From Bacteroidota bacterium (GTDB taxonomy: Bacteria; Bacteroidota; Bacteroidia; Bacteroidales; FEN-979): 64,000 bases of DNA. Numbering within the stretch: position 1 is the stretch's first letter; the number at the start of each line of letters is the position of its first letter. The notes beneath the pieces were generated by a model. That model was not told the origin of the DNA and searched no databases. It saw nothing but the letters and a program-made list of their open reading frames with translations. The translations under genes were made by a program, and so were the position numbers. The stretch spans positions 38,812 to 102,811 of the forward strand of contig JBAXLI010000006.1 of NCBI GenBank assembly GCA_037134895.1. The letters run 5' to 3'. Positions 46,233-54,538 of the stretch are shown one piece after another.

Positions 46233-47297
46233 TCAGAAAGAATACCCGATCGTGAATACAATGCTCCAGTCATTCAGTGCCGGGCCCCCTCCTGCAGGCT
46301 TGCTGTCATAGTCATCATAGAAAGTAAGCCCTGCGAAAAAATCCCTGAAAATCTCGTATTTCGCTGAGAGATTATATTCAAACCTGTGGCGACCCTGTAC
46401 TGAAAAGCTGGGAAAATAGTTCAATCCTGTTGAAATATTAACCTTCGGGTGCCTGTATCTCACCCAGGTGAATTTAGTCCCGATTATTCCTTCAAAATTT
46501 GTAGAAACATCTACTGAATCCGTAGGTTTTTCACGTGCAGCAAGCACTCCTCCCATGAAGTAAAACCTGATTGGATTGGTATGTATGATGTCGTAACCCG
46601 CACCCAGGCTGAGCTGGTAACGGTAGTCCAGGTCAAGCTCAGTATTCTTCTGCATTTTGGTTCCAAACCCCATCCAGAATTTTCCCTGAAAAAAATGGCT
46701 GTACTCAATTCCGATGTCATATTTTTGTGAAATCACAGTGGAGTCGGTTAACTTCTGCTGGCTATGAAACAGATCCACCTCCAGAGATATCAAATCTTTT
46801 CTGGCACGATAATTAAGCACACCGTCAAAATATAACTGTACCGTCTTGGTTGACTGATAATAGTTCGCTCCCAGGTCGACAGATCCGTAGAATTTCTTCC
46901 AGAACCTCCTGTTAATCTTGGTGATTTCCACGATATCAAGAAACGACTCTGTCACAGTATCATTTGCAATGACAACACCAATGCAGGCAACCGAATCTGA
47001 TTTCACAATAGAACCGAAATAGCTGAAGCCCGACTTTTTGACTATTTCATAATACTTTGCCGAATGTATTGATTTTATCTTGTCATATTCTATATAGATT
47101 ATGTTCATTCCTTCGGTACTAAGCTTAAGCTGACCATTTTCATATTTCTTGATTTCCCCGGTTATCCTGTCCCCGTTAAGAAGATAAATTGTATCATTTT
47201 TCTGGGCGGATGATGTTTGGACCAATCCAACCCAGGTGAAGAGGACAAGAAGAATTACTGATGCAAAGCCACCCGATACTGAATTTTGTTTATTCAT
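46233..47297 (-). CDS. DUF481-like outer-membrane beta-barrel protein
   Basis: Signal peptide. N-terminal YLLNGDRITGEIKKYENGQLKLSTEGMNIIYIEYDKIKSI resembles the N-terminal motif of the DUF481 family. A beta-barrel-like remainder ends in TIGYSF. Confidence 0.5.
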   Translation of the reverse strand: MNKQNSVSGGFASVILLVLFTWVGLVQTSSAQKNDTIYLLNGDRITGEIKKYENGQLKLSTEGMNIIYIEYDKIKSIHSAKYYEIVKKSGFSYFGSIVKSDSVACIGVVIANDTVTESFLDIVEITKINRRFWKKFYGSVDLGANYYQSTKTVQLYFDGVLNYRARKDLISLEVDLFHSQQKLTDSTVISQKYDIGIEYSHFFQGKFWMGFGTKMQKNTELDLDYRYQLSLGAGYDIIHTNPIRFYFMGGVLAAREKPTDSVDVSTNFEGIIGTKFTWVRYRHPKVNISTGLNYFPSFSVQGRHRFEYNLSAKYEIFRDFFAGLTFYDDYDSKPAGGGPALNDWSIVFTIGYSF

Positions 47298-47474
47298 AAT
47301 TCGTTTGCCAGTATTCCCCCCGGTAAGAGTTTAAGATTTGACTGCTCACACGCCCTGGTTTGCTCAGCAAGGCATTGAAACAATCATCTATCAAAAATAT
47401 GAAAAATACGATTAGTTGGTGGAAATTATAACAAAGCTCCGTTGAACTGCCAAAACAACTTGTTACAAATATGC

Positions 47475-47482
47475 TAACTTTG
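47475..47482 (+). promoter_or_regulatory. candidate -7 box TAACTTTG (TAnnTTTG)
   Basis: Exact consensus match 40 nt upstream of the GTG start at 47522. Confidence 0.4.
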
Positions 47483-47521
47483 GCCTGGTATTTGTCATGA
47501 TTACCTTTCAAATATGATAAA

Positions 47522-49759
47522 GTGATCACACTATCAAGAAATGACATTGAGCAGAGATACCGCAGGGTGTCCGATTCAATACAGGAAAAGCGGTTTAAAT
47601 CGGCTTTAGACGAATTTGCCCAGTGGATCAGGTTTTCAAGCAGGCAGGAATTCTTTTACCAGCTTGAAACGCTTGGCGACAATTACAGGACCCTTCTAAG
47701 ATATGCATTTGAAGGGTACAAAGACCCCCAGCAGGAAACCATTCTGAGGAGTCTTGCAGCTTCATTATTATCACTTGCCGATGAGTTGCAGCACAGCATG
47801 CGTGAGCCTTTCCTGCCGTTTCATTATAATGAAAAGAAAGTAGTTTTCAAGGATACCGGTGATTCGGCAGAACTGATCGTTGCCAGTATAGAGGAAACCT
47901 TCCAGCTGCGTGAAGTCAGTAAACTCATCGACTCTTCAGTGGCTTCCAACCCTGAATCACATTCTGACGTTCCTCCCGAAATGCTTGATAAAATTTTCAA
48001 GCAGGTCTGGCTCATCGAAAAGATGACAGACCCATATATGGCGCTGATGAGGAGGATCAACAGGTCCGTCTCTCTTCAGTGGCACGAAAAATCACTTGTT
48101 GTGAGCGCCCTCACTCTCAGCCTCCTTCATTACTTTGACCCGGGGAAACTGGTTCTCCTGATCGAATTTTCCGAAGCCGGAGAGAAACAAGTCAGCCAGC
48201 GTGCCCTTGTGGGACTGGTGCTGGGCCTCATAAAATATGACAGAAGGATCCGCAATCATCCCGATCTGGTTGAAAAACTTCATTCGCTGAGCGGGGAACC
48301 TGAGATAATGAAGCATATCGAAGTAATACTGCTTCAGTTCCTGATGGCAAGAGAAACTGAGAAAATAACCAAGGAATTTGAGGAAGAGGTTCTGCCAGAC
48401 ATGAAAAAAATGATGCCCAAGATAGAGGACAAACTCCAGCTTGGAGATCAGACCGAAGAATCGGACCTGGAAGGTAAAAATCCCGGCTGGAAAGGAATGG
48501 TTGATGAAGTTCCCGGGCTATTTGAGAAGATCGAAAAATTCTCTAAAATGCAAATGGAAGGCGGTGATGTGTTTATGAGCACGTTCCAGATGCTGAAGCG
48601 ATTTGACTTTTTCAACCGAATGTGTAACTGGTTTATACCTTTTTACAAAAACAACCAGGAAACCGGAGCTCTTTTCCCGTCTAACGAGGAACTGAACCAG
48701 AGGCTGTTCGACAGCCTTGAGAGTGCATTTTATATCTGCAACTCCGACAAATACTCTTTTGTCCTGAACTTCCAGGCTATCCCTGCACCTCAGCGAAATC
48801 TTATTGTAACCAATTTCGAAGCTGAACTCGCCCAGATGAAGGAAATGGCATCTGAAGAACAGATGCTCGACCAGTCACTAAGCGAGAATTCAATTATTAT
48901 TCAATACATACAGGACCTTTACCGTTTCTTCAAGATCTTCCCGGGCAGGGGTGAATTTGAGGATATTTTCAGGAAAAAGATCTCATTCGAAGACCTGTAC
49001 TTTTATAAAACTTTTTTCGAACAGGAGCGCTTCACCCTTAAGCTTGCTGAGTTTTATTTCGAAAAAGGCCATTATTACGAGGTCATAGACCTTTATGAAT
49101 ATCTCTCGGGTAAAGGCAAGCCAACAGGGGAATTTTATGAAAAGATCGGCTACAGTTACCAGAAACTCGGCAGGTATAAAAAAGCAGTTGAGTTTTACAA
49201 AAAAGCCGAATTGTTCGACACCGACCGCCTCTGGATATACAAAAAGCTCGGCTGGTGCTGCATCCGCCTGAAAGATTACCAGTCGGCCCTTGAATATTTC
49301 AAAGAAGCACTGGAACTTCAGCCTGCCGAGAAGACTATCCTGACCCAACTTGCGCAGTGTTACCTGAATCTTAAAGATTACGACAATGCATCGCATCTGT
49401 ATGCGCAGCTTCTGTTTTATTCACCTGGGAACCTTAAATACCTCAGGCCTGCCTCCTACTGCGATTTCGTGGCAGGCAAACTCAAACAAGCCGAAGCCGG
49501 CTACAACGAACTTTTTGACAACACGCCGAATCCATCAGCATATGACTACATGAATGCAGGGCATATATACCTATGCCTCGGAGAACGAAAAAAAGCCCTT
49601 GATTTTTATACAAAGAGCCTTATATCAAAAGAGTTCAACGAAACTGAATTCATGGATGCCTTTGATGAGGATATACCCCACCTGCTGAAGTACGGGATAT
49701 TACCCGGCGAGATACCCCTGATCAAAGATTATTTGTCGTTCCAGGCCGACAGGACATAA
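47522..49759 (+). CDS. cytoplasmic TPR-repeat protein
   Basis: GTG start and no signal peptide. The C-terminal ~250 aa hold at least 5 recognisable TPR units (EFYEKIGYSYQKLGRYKKAVEFYKKAELFD, WIYKKLGWCCIRLKDYQSALEYFKEALELQP, ILTQLAQCYLNLKDYDNASHLYAQLL, and others). I did not recognise the N-terminal ~480 aa. Confidence 0.7.
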   Translation: MITLSRNDIEQRYRRVSDSIQEKRFKSALDEFAQWIRFSSRQEFFYQLETLGDNYRTLLRYAFEGYKDPQQETILRSLAASLLSLADELQHSMREPFLPFHYNEKKVVFKDTGDSAELIVASIEETFQLREVSKLIDSSVASNPESHSDVPPEMLDKIFKQVWLIEKMTDPYMALMRRINRSVSLQWHEKSLVVSALTLSLLHYFDPGKLVLLIEFSEAGEKQVSQRALVGLVLGLIKYDRRIRNHPDLVEKLHSLSGEPEIMKHIEVILLQFLMARETEKITKEFEEEVLPDMKKMMPKIEDKLQLGDQTEESDLEGKNPGWKGMVDEVPGLFEKIEKFSKMQMEGGDVFMSTFQMLKRFDFFNRMCNWFIPFYKNNQETGALFPSNEELNQRLFDSLESAFYICNSDKYSFVLNFQAIPAPQRNLIVTNFEAELAQMKEMASEEQMLDQSLSENSIIIQYIQDLYRFFKIFPGRGEFEDIFRKKISFEDLYFYKTFFEQERFTLKLAEFYFEKGHYYEVIDLYEYLSGKGKPTGEFYEKIGYSYQKLGRYKKAVEFYKKAELFDTDRLWIYKKLGWCCIRLKDYQSALEYFKEALELQPAEKTILTQLAQCYLNLKDYDNASHLYAQLLFYSPGNLKYLRPASYCDFVAGKLKQAEAGYNELFDNTPNPSAYDYMNAGHIYLCLGERKKALDFYTKSLISKEFNETEFMDAFDEDIPHLLKYGILPGEIPLIKDYLSFQADRT

Positions 49760-49766
49760 AAAAGAG

Positions 49767-49858
49767 CGTAAGTAAGGACGTGATGAAGGTCGTAATGAAG
49801 GTCGTGATGAAGGACGTAATGAAGGACGTAATGAAGTACGTGATGGTCGTGATGAGTA
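49767..49858 (+). repeat. tandem 12-nt array (CGTRATGAAGGW), about 8 units
   Basis: The units are cgtaagtaagga cgtgatgaaggt cgtaatgaaggt cgtgatgaagga cgtaatgaagga cgtaatgaagta cgtgatggt cgtgatgagta. The array begins 8 nt after the TPR gene stop and runs into the 5' end of the next ORF. Confidence 0.9.
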
Positions 49859-51105
49859 CATTCTCTTTTGAACCTTCATTTTCACAGACTACTTTTTATA
49901 TTGCATCCTCGGAATACCACTGGACGAACCGGTCTGTAGTTCCGGTTATCAAACAGGGAATGATCAAGGATCTCTCTGAGAACCACTTCCGCCTTTCAGC
50001 CGACAGCAACAATGCCGACTTTATAATCAGGATCAAATGTAATTCATATTATAACGGACAGACACCCTATTTTTACTTTGCTCTCCTCGATGCGAACCTC
50101 TCTGTTACAGATAAAAAGAACGGGAAACTAATATATGCCAATGACCTCAGGCGGATCAAAGGTGGAGGTACGACTGTAGAGCTGGCCGACGATAAGGTGT
50201 ATGCCAATGCCACCAGGATCATCGCCGACACCCTTATCAGCAGAATTTATTATTACATGAACGGAAAGGCGTTGACGCTTTCTTCAAAGCCAGGCGAATT
50301 TGAAGTGTTATGCGATGCAGACAAGGACATCCCATCAAATTCGCATGAAAGAAAGAACACTTACGTCCTGATCATTGTTAATGATTCTTACTCGCCGATG
50401 CAAATGGCACGTTGTTTTTCCGATTCTGCGGATTATCATTCACGGGACGCCAGGGTTTTCAGGGAATATGCCATTCAGACGCTGGGCATACCTGCTGAAA
50501 ATGTGCGGATGATTTTTAACACCAAGTCATTCGAAATGAGGAGAGAGATCATCCGCCTTGCTTCATATTCGAGAGGAATAGACGGAAATGCTGACCTCAT
50601 ACTGTACTATGCAGGATACGGGCTTATTGACGAAAAAACCCTGGATCCTTACATTCTGCCCACCGATGTTGAGAATGACGACCCTAAATTCATAGTCAGG
50701 GTAAGTGATCTGTATAAAATGCTCCAGGAAGATGCATCAAGAAGGATTACCATTATTCTCGAAGCAAGCTTCCGTTTCGACGTCCTGAAACCTGCACAAG
50801 GAAAAAGCAAAATCTCAAAGATCACACTTAGGTATCCTAATGTTCCTGCTAATGTATTCCTGATGGCCGCAGCCACACCGGGCACTCAGGCATGGTCGGA
50901 TCCCGGTGCAGGTCACGGATTATTTACCCTGTCACTTCTGAAAAAACTTAAAGAAAGCCAGGGAAAAGCAAGCCTGAAGGAACTTTCAGACTTCATCATC
51001 AAAGATGTTCGGGCCACGTCTGTAAGAATGAGTTTTAAAGAACAGGTACCACATGCGCTTTCGGGTTCCTTTATAAGTAAGGACCTGAATCTTCTGAAGC
51101 TTTAA
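49780..51105 (+). CDS. caspase-fold (peptidase C14-like) protein with substituted catalytic dyad and an N-terminal LpoB/CsgG-like domain
   Basis: Caspase p20-like layout: YVLIIVNDSY (beta1), DARVFREYAIQTLGIPAENVRMIFNTK, ADLILYYAGYGL (Tyr where the catalytic His of the xSGHG motif is expected), RITIILEASF (Ser where the Cys of the DxC motif is expected), VFLMAAATPGTQAWSDPGAGHGLFTLSLLKKL. The start is ambiguous among about 7 in-frame ATGs supplied by the 12-nt repeat. Confidence 0.6.
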   Translation: MMKVVMKVVMKDVMKDVMKYVMVVMSTFSFEPSFSQTTFYIASSEYHWTNRSVVPVIKQGMIKDLSENHFRLSADSNNADFIIRIKCNSYYNGQTPYFYFALLDANLSVTDKKNGKLIYANDLRRIKGGGTTVELADDKVYANATRIIADTLISRIYYYMNGKALTLSSKPGEFEVLCDADKDIPSNSHERKNTYVLIIVNDSYSPMQMARCFSDSADYHSRDARVFREYAIQTLGIPAENVRMIFNTKSFEMRREIIRLASYSRGIDGNADLILYYAGYGLIDEKTLDPYILPTDVENDDPKFIVRVSDLYKMLQEDASRRITIILEASFRFDVLKPAQGKSKISKITLRYPNVPANVFLMAAATPGTQAWSDPGAGHGLFTLSLLKKLKESQGKASLKELSDFIIKDVRATSVRMSFKEQVPHALSGSFISKDLNLLKL

Positions 51106-51127
51106 TTGGGTAAGCAGAATAAAAAGG

Positions 51128-51391
51128 ATGATTCCCGGCAGGGAAATCAAAGCTAAGGGAGATGAGTCCGGGACTGAATCGGGCCAGGGTCAGAAAATTT
51201 TGCTAAAAAATTTGGAAAGTGGTGAAATTATTGGTAATATTGTCTTTGGATCCGACAAAAACTCCGATGAGTTTGATTGTTATATCCGCCTTTCAGACGG
51301 CTCGCAAATAAAATTAAGTGAATGCATTATAGGTTTGAATAAAATTCTAAATTTGAAATTTCAGCTGACACCTTATCCATCACACAAATAA
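51128..51391 (+). CDS. small ORF equal to the stand-alone C-terminal module of the local lipoprotein family (possibly a gene remnant)
   Basis: Residues ~25-75 (LLKNLESGEIIGNIVFGSDKNSDEFDCYIRLSDGSQIKLSECIIGLNKILN) align with the C-terminus of the 52161..53156 product (LLNSEDHGIIGKIVLSPVGEDGRYDYFIRFSDGSESRLTEQFIVLNKLFN). No signal peptide. Confidence 0.35.
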   Translation: MIPGREIKAKGDESGTESGQGQKILLKNLESGEIIGNIVFGSDKNSDEFDCYIRLSDGSQIKLSECIIGLNKILNLKFQLTPYPSHK

Positions 51392-51402
51392 AATCTGAAG
51401 AT

Positions 51403-52005
51403 ATGAAAAGAACATTTATCCTTGTCATGATCCTTACAGCCATAGTTGTAAGCAGCTGTTCAAAGAAGTCGGATGACACGACCACCGGCCCAACGTCAAG
51501 CACGTTAGCCAAAGTAGGAACGACATGGGGATCAAACGGCGATGGAACCATTACCGTAACTCAGGTCTCAGGCAGCGATGTTATTATTAATGCAACCTCT
51601 GGCGGCACCACTCTTGCAATCGGCGGGAGTATGACCACGACCGGCTTTGCTGATTACTTCTATTCAAACGGAGACAAATCAAAACCTTTTACACTGGTGA
51701 ATTTCTCAGATGCTGTAGGCACACAGTATAAATTCAATATCGGCAGTTCACAGGTTGTTCGCACCATAGTTTCTGTTAGCACGACCAATGACCTCTATGT
51801 TCCTGCTCTGCAGATGTCGGTTAAAGCCAGTGTTGTCCAGGAAGATGTTCCTGCAGGGCTTACAGTGAACGGAAAAATCACTAAGACCAGGACCATTTAC
51901 TGGGCACTGAATCACAAATTTGGCGTTGTTTTTGCAAGGGTTTATTTTACAGATGGCACAAGTAAGGATTTCCCGCTGACTACGACCAATGCCGGGACAA
52001 AGTAA
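51403..52005 (+). CDS. hypothetical lipoprotein (Thr/Ser/Gly-rich, beta-rich)
   Basis: Lipoprotein signal LTAIVVSSCSKK. A 200-aa ORF followed by a hairpin terminator. No family recognised. Confidence 0.65.
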   Translation: MKRTFILVMILTAIVVSSCSKKSDDTTTGPTSSTLAKVGTTWGSNGDGTITVTQVSGSDVIINATSGGTTLAIGGSMTTTGFADYFYSNGDKSKPFTLVNFSDAVGTQYKFNIGSSQVVRTIVSVSTTNDLYVPALQMSVKASVVQEDVPAGLTVNGKITKTRTIYWALNHKFGVVFARVYFTDGTSKDFPLTTTNAGTK

Positions 52006-52032
52006 ACGGATCAATTCTTGAAAATTTCATAC

Positions 52033-52066
52033 AAAACCGGGCAGGATTAAAATCTTACCCGGTTTT
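52033..52066 (+). terminator. candidate rho-independent terminator
   Basis: aaaaccggg / cccggtttt 9-bp stem with a 16-nt loop, followed by gtttgtt, 28 nt after the stop at 52005. The ORF-track TTG start at 52065 lies inside it. Confidence 0.5.
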
Positions 52067-52160
52067 GTTTGTTAATGCTGTCGCTCTTAAAGAAAGGATT
52101 GTTGCTAAGCCCATTGTAATTTTAATAGAAAATCGGTTAGAAAACAAAAACAGGCAAAGA

Positions 52161-53156
52161 ATGAGGCCCCTAAGTCAGCTCTGTTTGATAATAATTCTCC
52201 TGGTTCTGCTGTTCCAATCATGCAAACAAGGGCATCCTGTTGATAAAAAGGAAGCTGTAAACAGTATTAAAATCCTTAACAGCGATATCATCAGCTTTAT
52301 TTACAGAACTTCCGGAAGGCCGGAGATGAAGGCCCTTGGTTTTCTTTTAAAGCAACCATCGGCTCCTATCCCATTCCATTACGATTCATCGGGGGGACTG
52401 GCGAATATAAAAACCTTTTCATTTGAGGCTAACAGAGGAGTATATCGCTGGGATACCCTGGCCAAATCGTTTATAAAAACAAAAGACACCTCCCTGATCC
52501 TGATATTTTTTCCCATACCCGGGGATCCTGCTTCTGAATGCAGGTTCATCCTGTACAACTATGTTATTGGAAAAACCAGGACAAAGCCGGTATTCCCCGT
52601 TAAACTCAACGCAAGCCTCTTCATTGGAGATAAGGAGGAAATCACTATCCGCCATGAGGCAGTCATTAATGAATCAATGATTGCATCCATGGAAACTGAG
52701 TTAAAAAATGATTCTGCAGGCTTGTCATTCTATATGAGCAGGACAGGAAGTTTTGCTGCTAAAACCGGCGAAATAAAAGCCAGTCTTCGTTTGCATGAGG
52801 GCAAATCCGATATTATGAATTCAACTCTCAAATGTGAAATTGAATACCACGCCCCGATCTCGTATTCTTTCAGTCACATGAGCATTGAACAAACCCTGTT
52901 TTCGACAGAGCTAAGCGGAACAATAGATTATGCTTCCATCAACCCCAGCAGTGATCAGTACAACCAGGAGTTTAACAAATACACTCACCTGGAACTATTA
53001 AATTCTGAGGATCATGGTATTATCGGAAAAATCGTGTTATCACCTGTTGGGGAGGATGGCCGGTACGATTATTTTATCAGGTTTTCCGATGGAAGTGAAA
53101 GCAGGTTGACAGAACAGTTCATCGTCTTAAACAAACTGTTTAACAAAATAAATTAA
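52161..53156 (+). CDS. hypothetical lipoprotein, paralogue family A
   Basis: I prefer ATG 52161 (MRPLSQLCLIIILLVLLFQSCKQG, a lipoprotein signal). Its N- and C-terminal regions are alignable with the 53718..54530 product. The C-terminal module is shared with 51128..51391. Confidence 0.65.
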   Translation: MRPLSQLCLIIILLVLLFQSCKQGHPVDKKEAVNSIKILNSDIISFIYRTSGRPEMKALGFLLKQPSAPIPFHYDSSGGLANIKTFSFEANRGVYRWDTLAKSFIKTKDTSLILIFFPIPGDPASECRFILYNYVIGKTRTKPVFPVKLNASLFIGDKEEITIRHEAVINESMIASMETELKNDSAGLSFYMSRTGSFAAKTGEIKASLRLHEGKSDIMNSTLKCEIEYHAPISYSFSHMSIEQTLFSTELSGTIDYASINPSSDQYNQEFNKYTHLELLNSEDHGIIGKIVLSPVGEDGRYDYFIRFSDGSESRLTEQFIVLNKLFNKIN

Positions 53157-53608
53157 GGCTTTAAGTATTCGAACTCCCTGTACCTGCAGAATTTGACTTT
53201 GCCGTCTTTCATCCTTGCGGGTTTTGTATGTTCATCCTTAATACAGCGGAAGCCAAGAAGGTAGGAATAGTCAAGGAAGAAAACCGTTGTTTTTCCGGGC
53301 CTCCCTTTCGCAGGTTCGTTTACTTCCATATAAACACTGAGCTTGTAATTCATCCTGGATATCTGACCCCGCCAGGTAATAAGAGACCAGATCCTCCATC
53401 CTTTCGCACCACATCTTGAATCAGTATTATAAGTACTTTTCTCGACTTTCACAGAGAGGTTCCCGGGTGAATTGCTGCATGAGTTTGCAAGCATCTGGCA
53501 GTAGAGCCTGGCGTATTTTTCAGCTTCATTCTTCCTGTCCTGTGAAAAACAAACCTGGTTTATAAATAAAAGCAAAATCAACAGGAAAAAGCAGTGTTTT
53601 TTCAGCAT
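53153..53608 (-). CDS. small secreted Cys-containing hypothetical protein
   Basis: I prefer the start at 53608 (MLKKHCFFLLILLLFINQVCFSQ signal peptide). The mature part is about 128 aa with 6 Cys. Its 3' end overlaps the convergent upstream gene by 4 nt. No family recognised. Confidence 0.5.
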   Translation of the reverse strand: MLKKHCFFLLILLLFINQVCFSQDRKNEAEKYARLYCQMLANSCSNSPGNLSVKVEKSTYNTDSRCGAKGWRIWSLITWRGQISRMNYKLSVYMEVNEPAKGRPGKTTVFFLDYSYLLGFRCIKDEHTKPARMKDGKVKFCRYREFEYLKP

Positions 53609-53717
53609 GAAGGGCGGGCAATTCATCCGGCCAAAGATATTTACTTTTATTAAGAACCTGCATTGCCTGTGCAAAAAGAATTGACGATCTTTGAAGCAGG
53701 CTGCAAGTCACCTAGTA

Positions 53718-54530
53718 ATGGCAATGTCAAAGATCTGCATACTGCTCCTTCCCCTGGTCCTGGCAATCGTTTCCTGCCGGCACAAGCCGGAAATGGACAA
53801 AGAGGCTGCAGAAAAAGCACTGAAAGTATTTGACAGTGAAGTGGTTGGCACAATTGCCGGAATTACACAGACCGACGGGTGGGAAGCATTTTCGGGCTTA
53901 CTTAAATCTGACAGTAAAGCGGTTGATTCATCATCCGCAGACAATTTTATTTCATCAGTTTTCCTGCAAATGCCGTTCAACTTCAACAAGGAGTTAACCA
54001 AAGACGGTCAAAAGGTCTGCGTGGTACAATATTATTATAAGCTGAACCCCGATTCTTCTTTTTATCTGCGGAAGGCAATCTACATAAAACCTCTCAGTCT
54101 CGAGATACAGTGTTTATATACTCCCGGCAAAGCGGAGGATACCGGGCATTTAATCCTTTTCATCTCAGGGAGAGACACTGCCTGGCAAATCTTGCAAGCC
54201 AGGATCAGGGCCAGGATCAGGACAGCGGACAAAGGAAAATTTGAGATTGAGGCAATCGGGGCTGAAGTAAGGTTCTTTGATCTGAGTTTTTCTGTCAATG
54301 ATGGCTTCATCCAGATGAAAGCAGGAAGCAGAAAAACCTGGAGTGATTATTTCCTGAACCAGAGTATAGAGGTTTCTGATTATCGATCAGGCCATTACAT
54401 CGGGCGGTTTGAATCTGAAAAAAACGAGCGCATGAAAAGCAATGAAATAGTTTTCATTTTCGCAGATGGATCGAAAAAACCCGTTTCTGCCTGCTTTTCA
54501 TTCACCGGCATGCTGAAAAGCCCGGATTAG
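53718..54530 (+). CDS. hypothetical lipoprotein, paralogue family A
   Basis: Start at 53718/53724 (MAMSKICILLLPLVLAIVSCRHK). The post-Cys region DKEAAEKALKVFDSEVVGTI...AFSGLLK aligns with DKKEAVNSIKILNSDIISFI...ALGFLLK of 52161..53156. The C-terminal IGRF...IVFIFADGSKKPVS module is related. Confidence 0.6.
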   Translation: MAMSKICILLLPLVLAIVSCRHKPEMDKEAAEKALKVFDSEVVGTIAGITQTDGWEAFSGLLKSDSKAVDSSSADNFISSVFLQMPFNFNKELTKDGQKVCVVQYYYKLNPDSSFYLRKAIYIKPLSLEIQCLYTPGKAEDTGHLILFISGRDTAWQILQARIRARIRTADKGKFEIEAIGAEVRFFDLSFSVNDGFIQMKAGSRKTWSDYFLNQSIEVSDYRSGHYIGRFESEKNERMKSNEIVFIFADGSKKPVSACFSFTGMLKSPD

Positions 54531-54538
54531 CAAAGAGA

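Noticed and set aside
49700-49885. 61-aa minus-strand ORF rich in SRPSLRPS repeats
   Set aside because: It is a reverse-frame translation of the 12-nt tandem array and overlaps the 3' end of the TPR gene.
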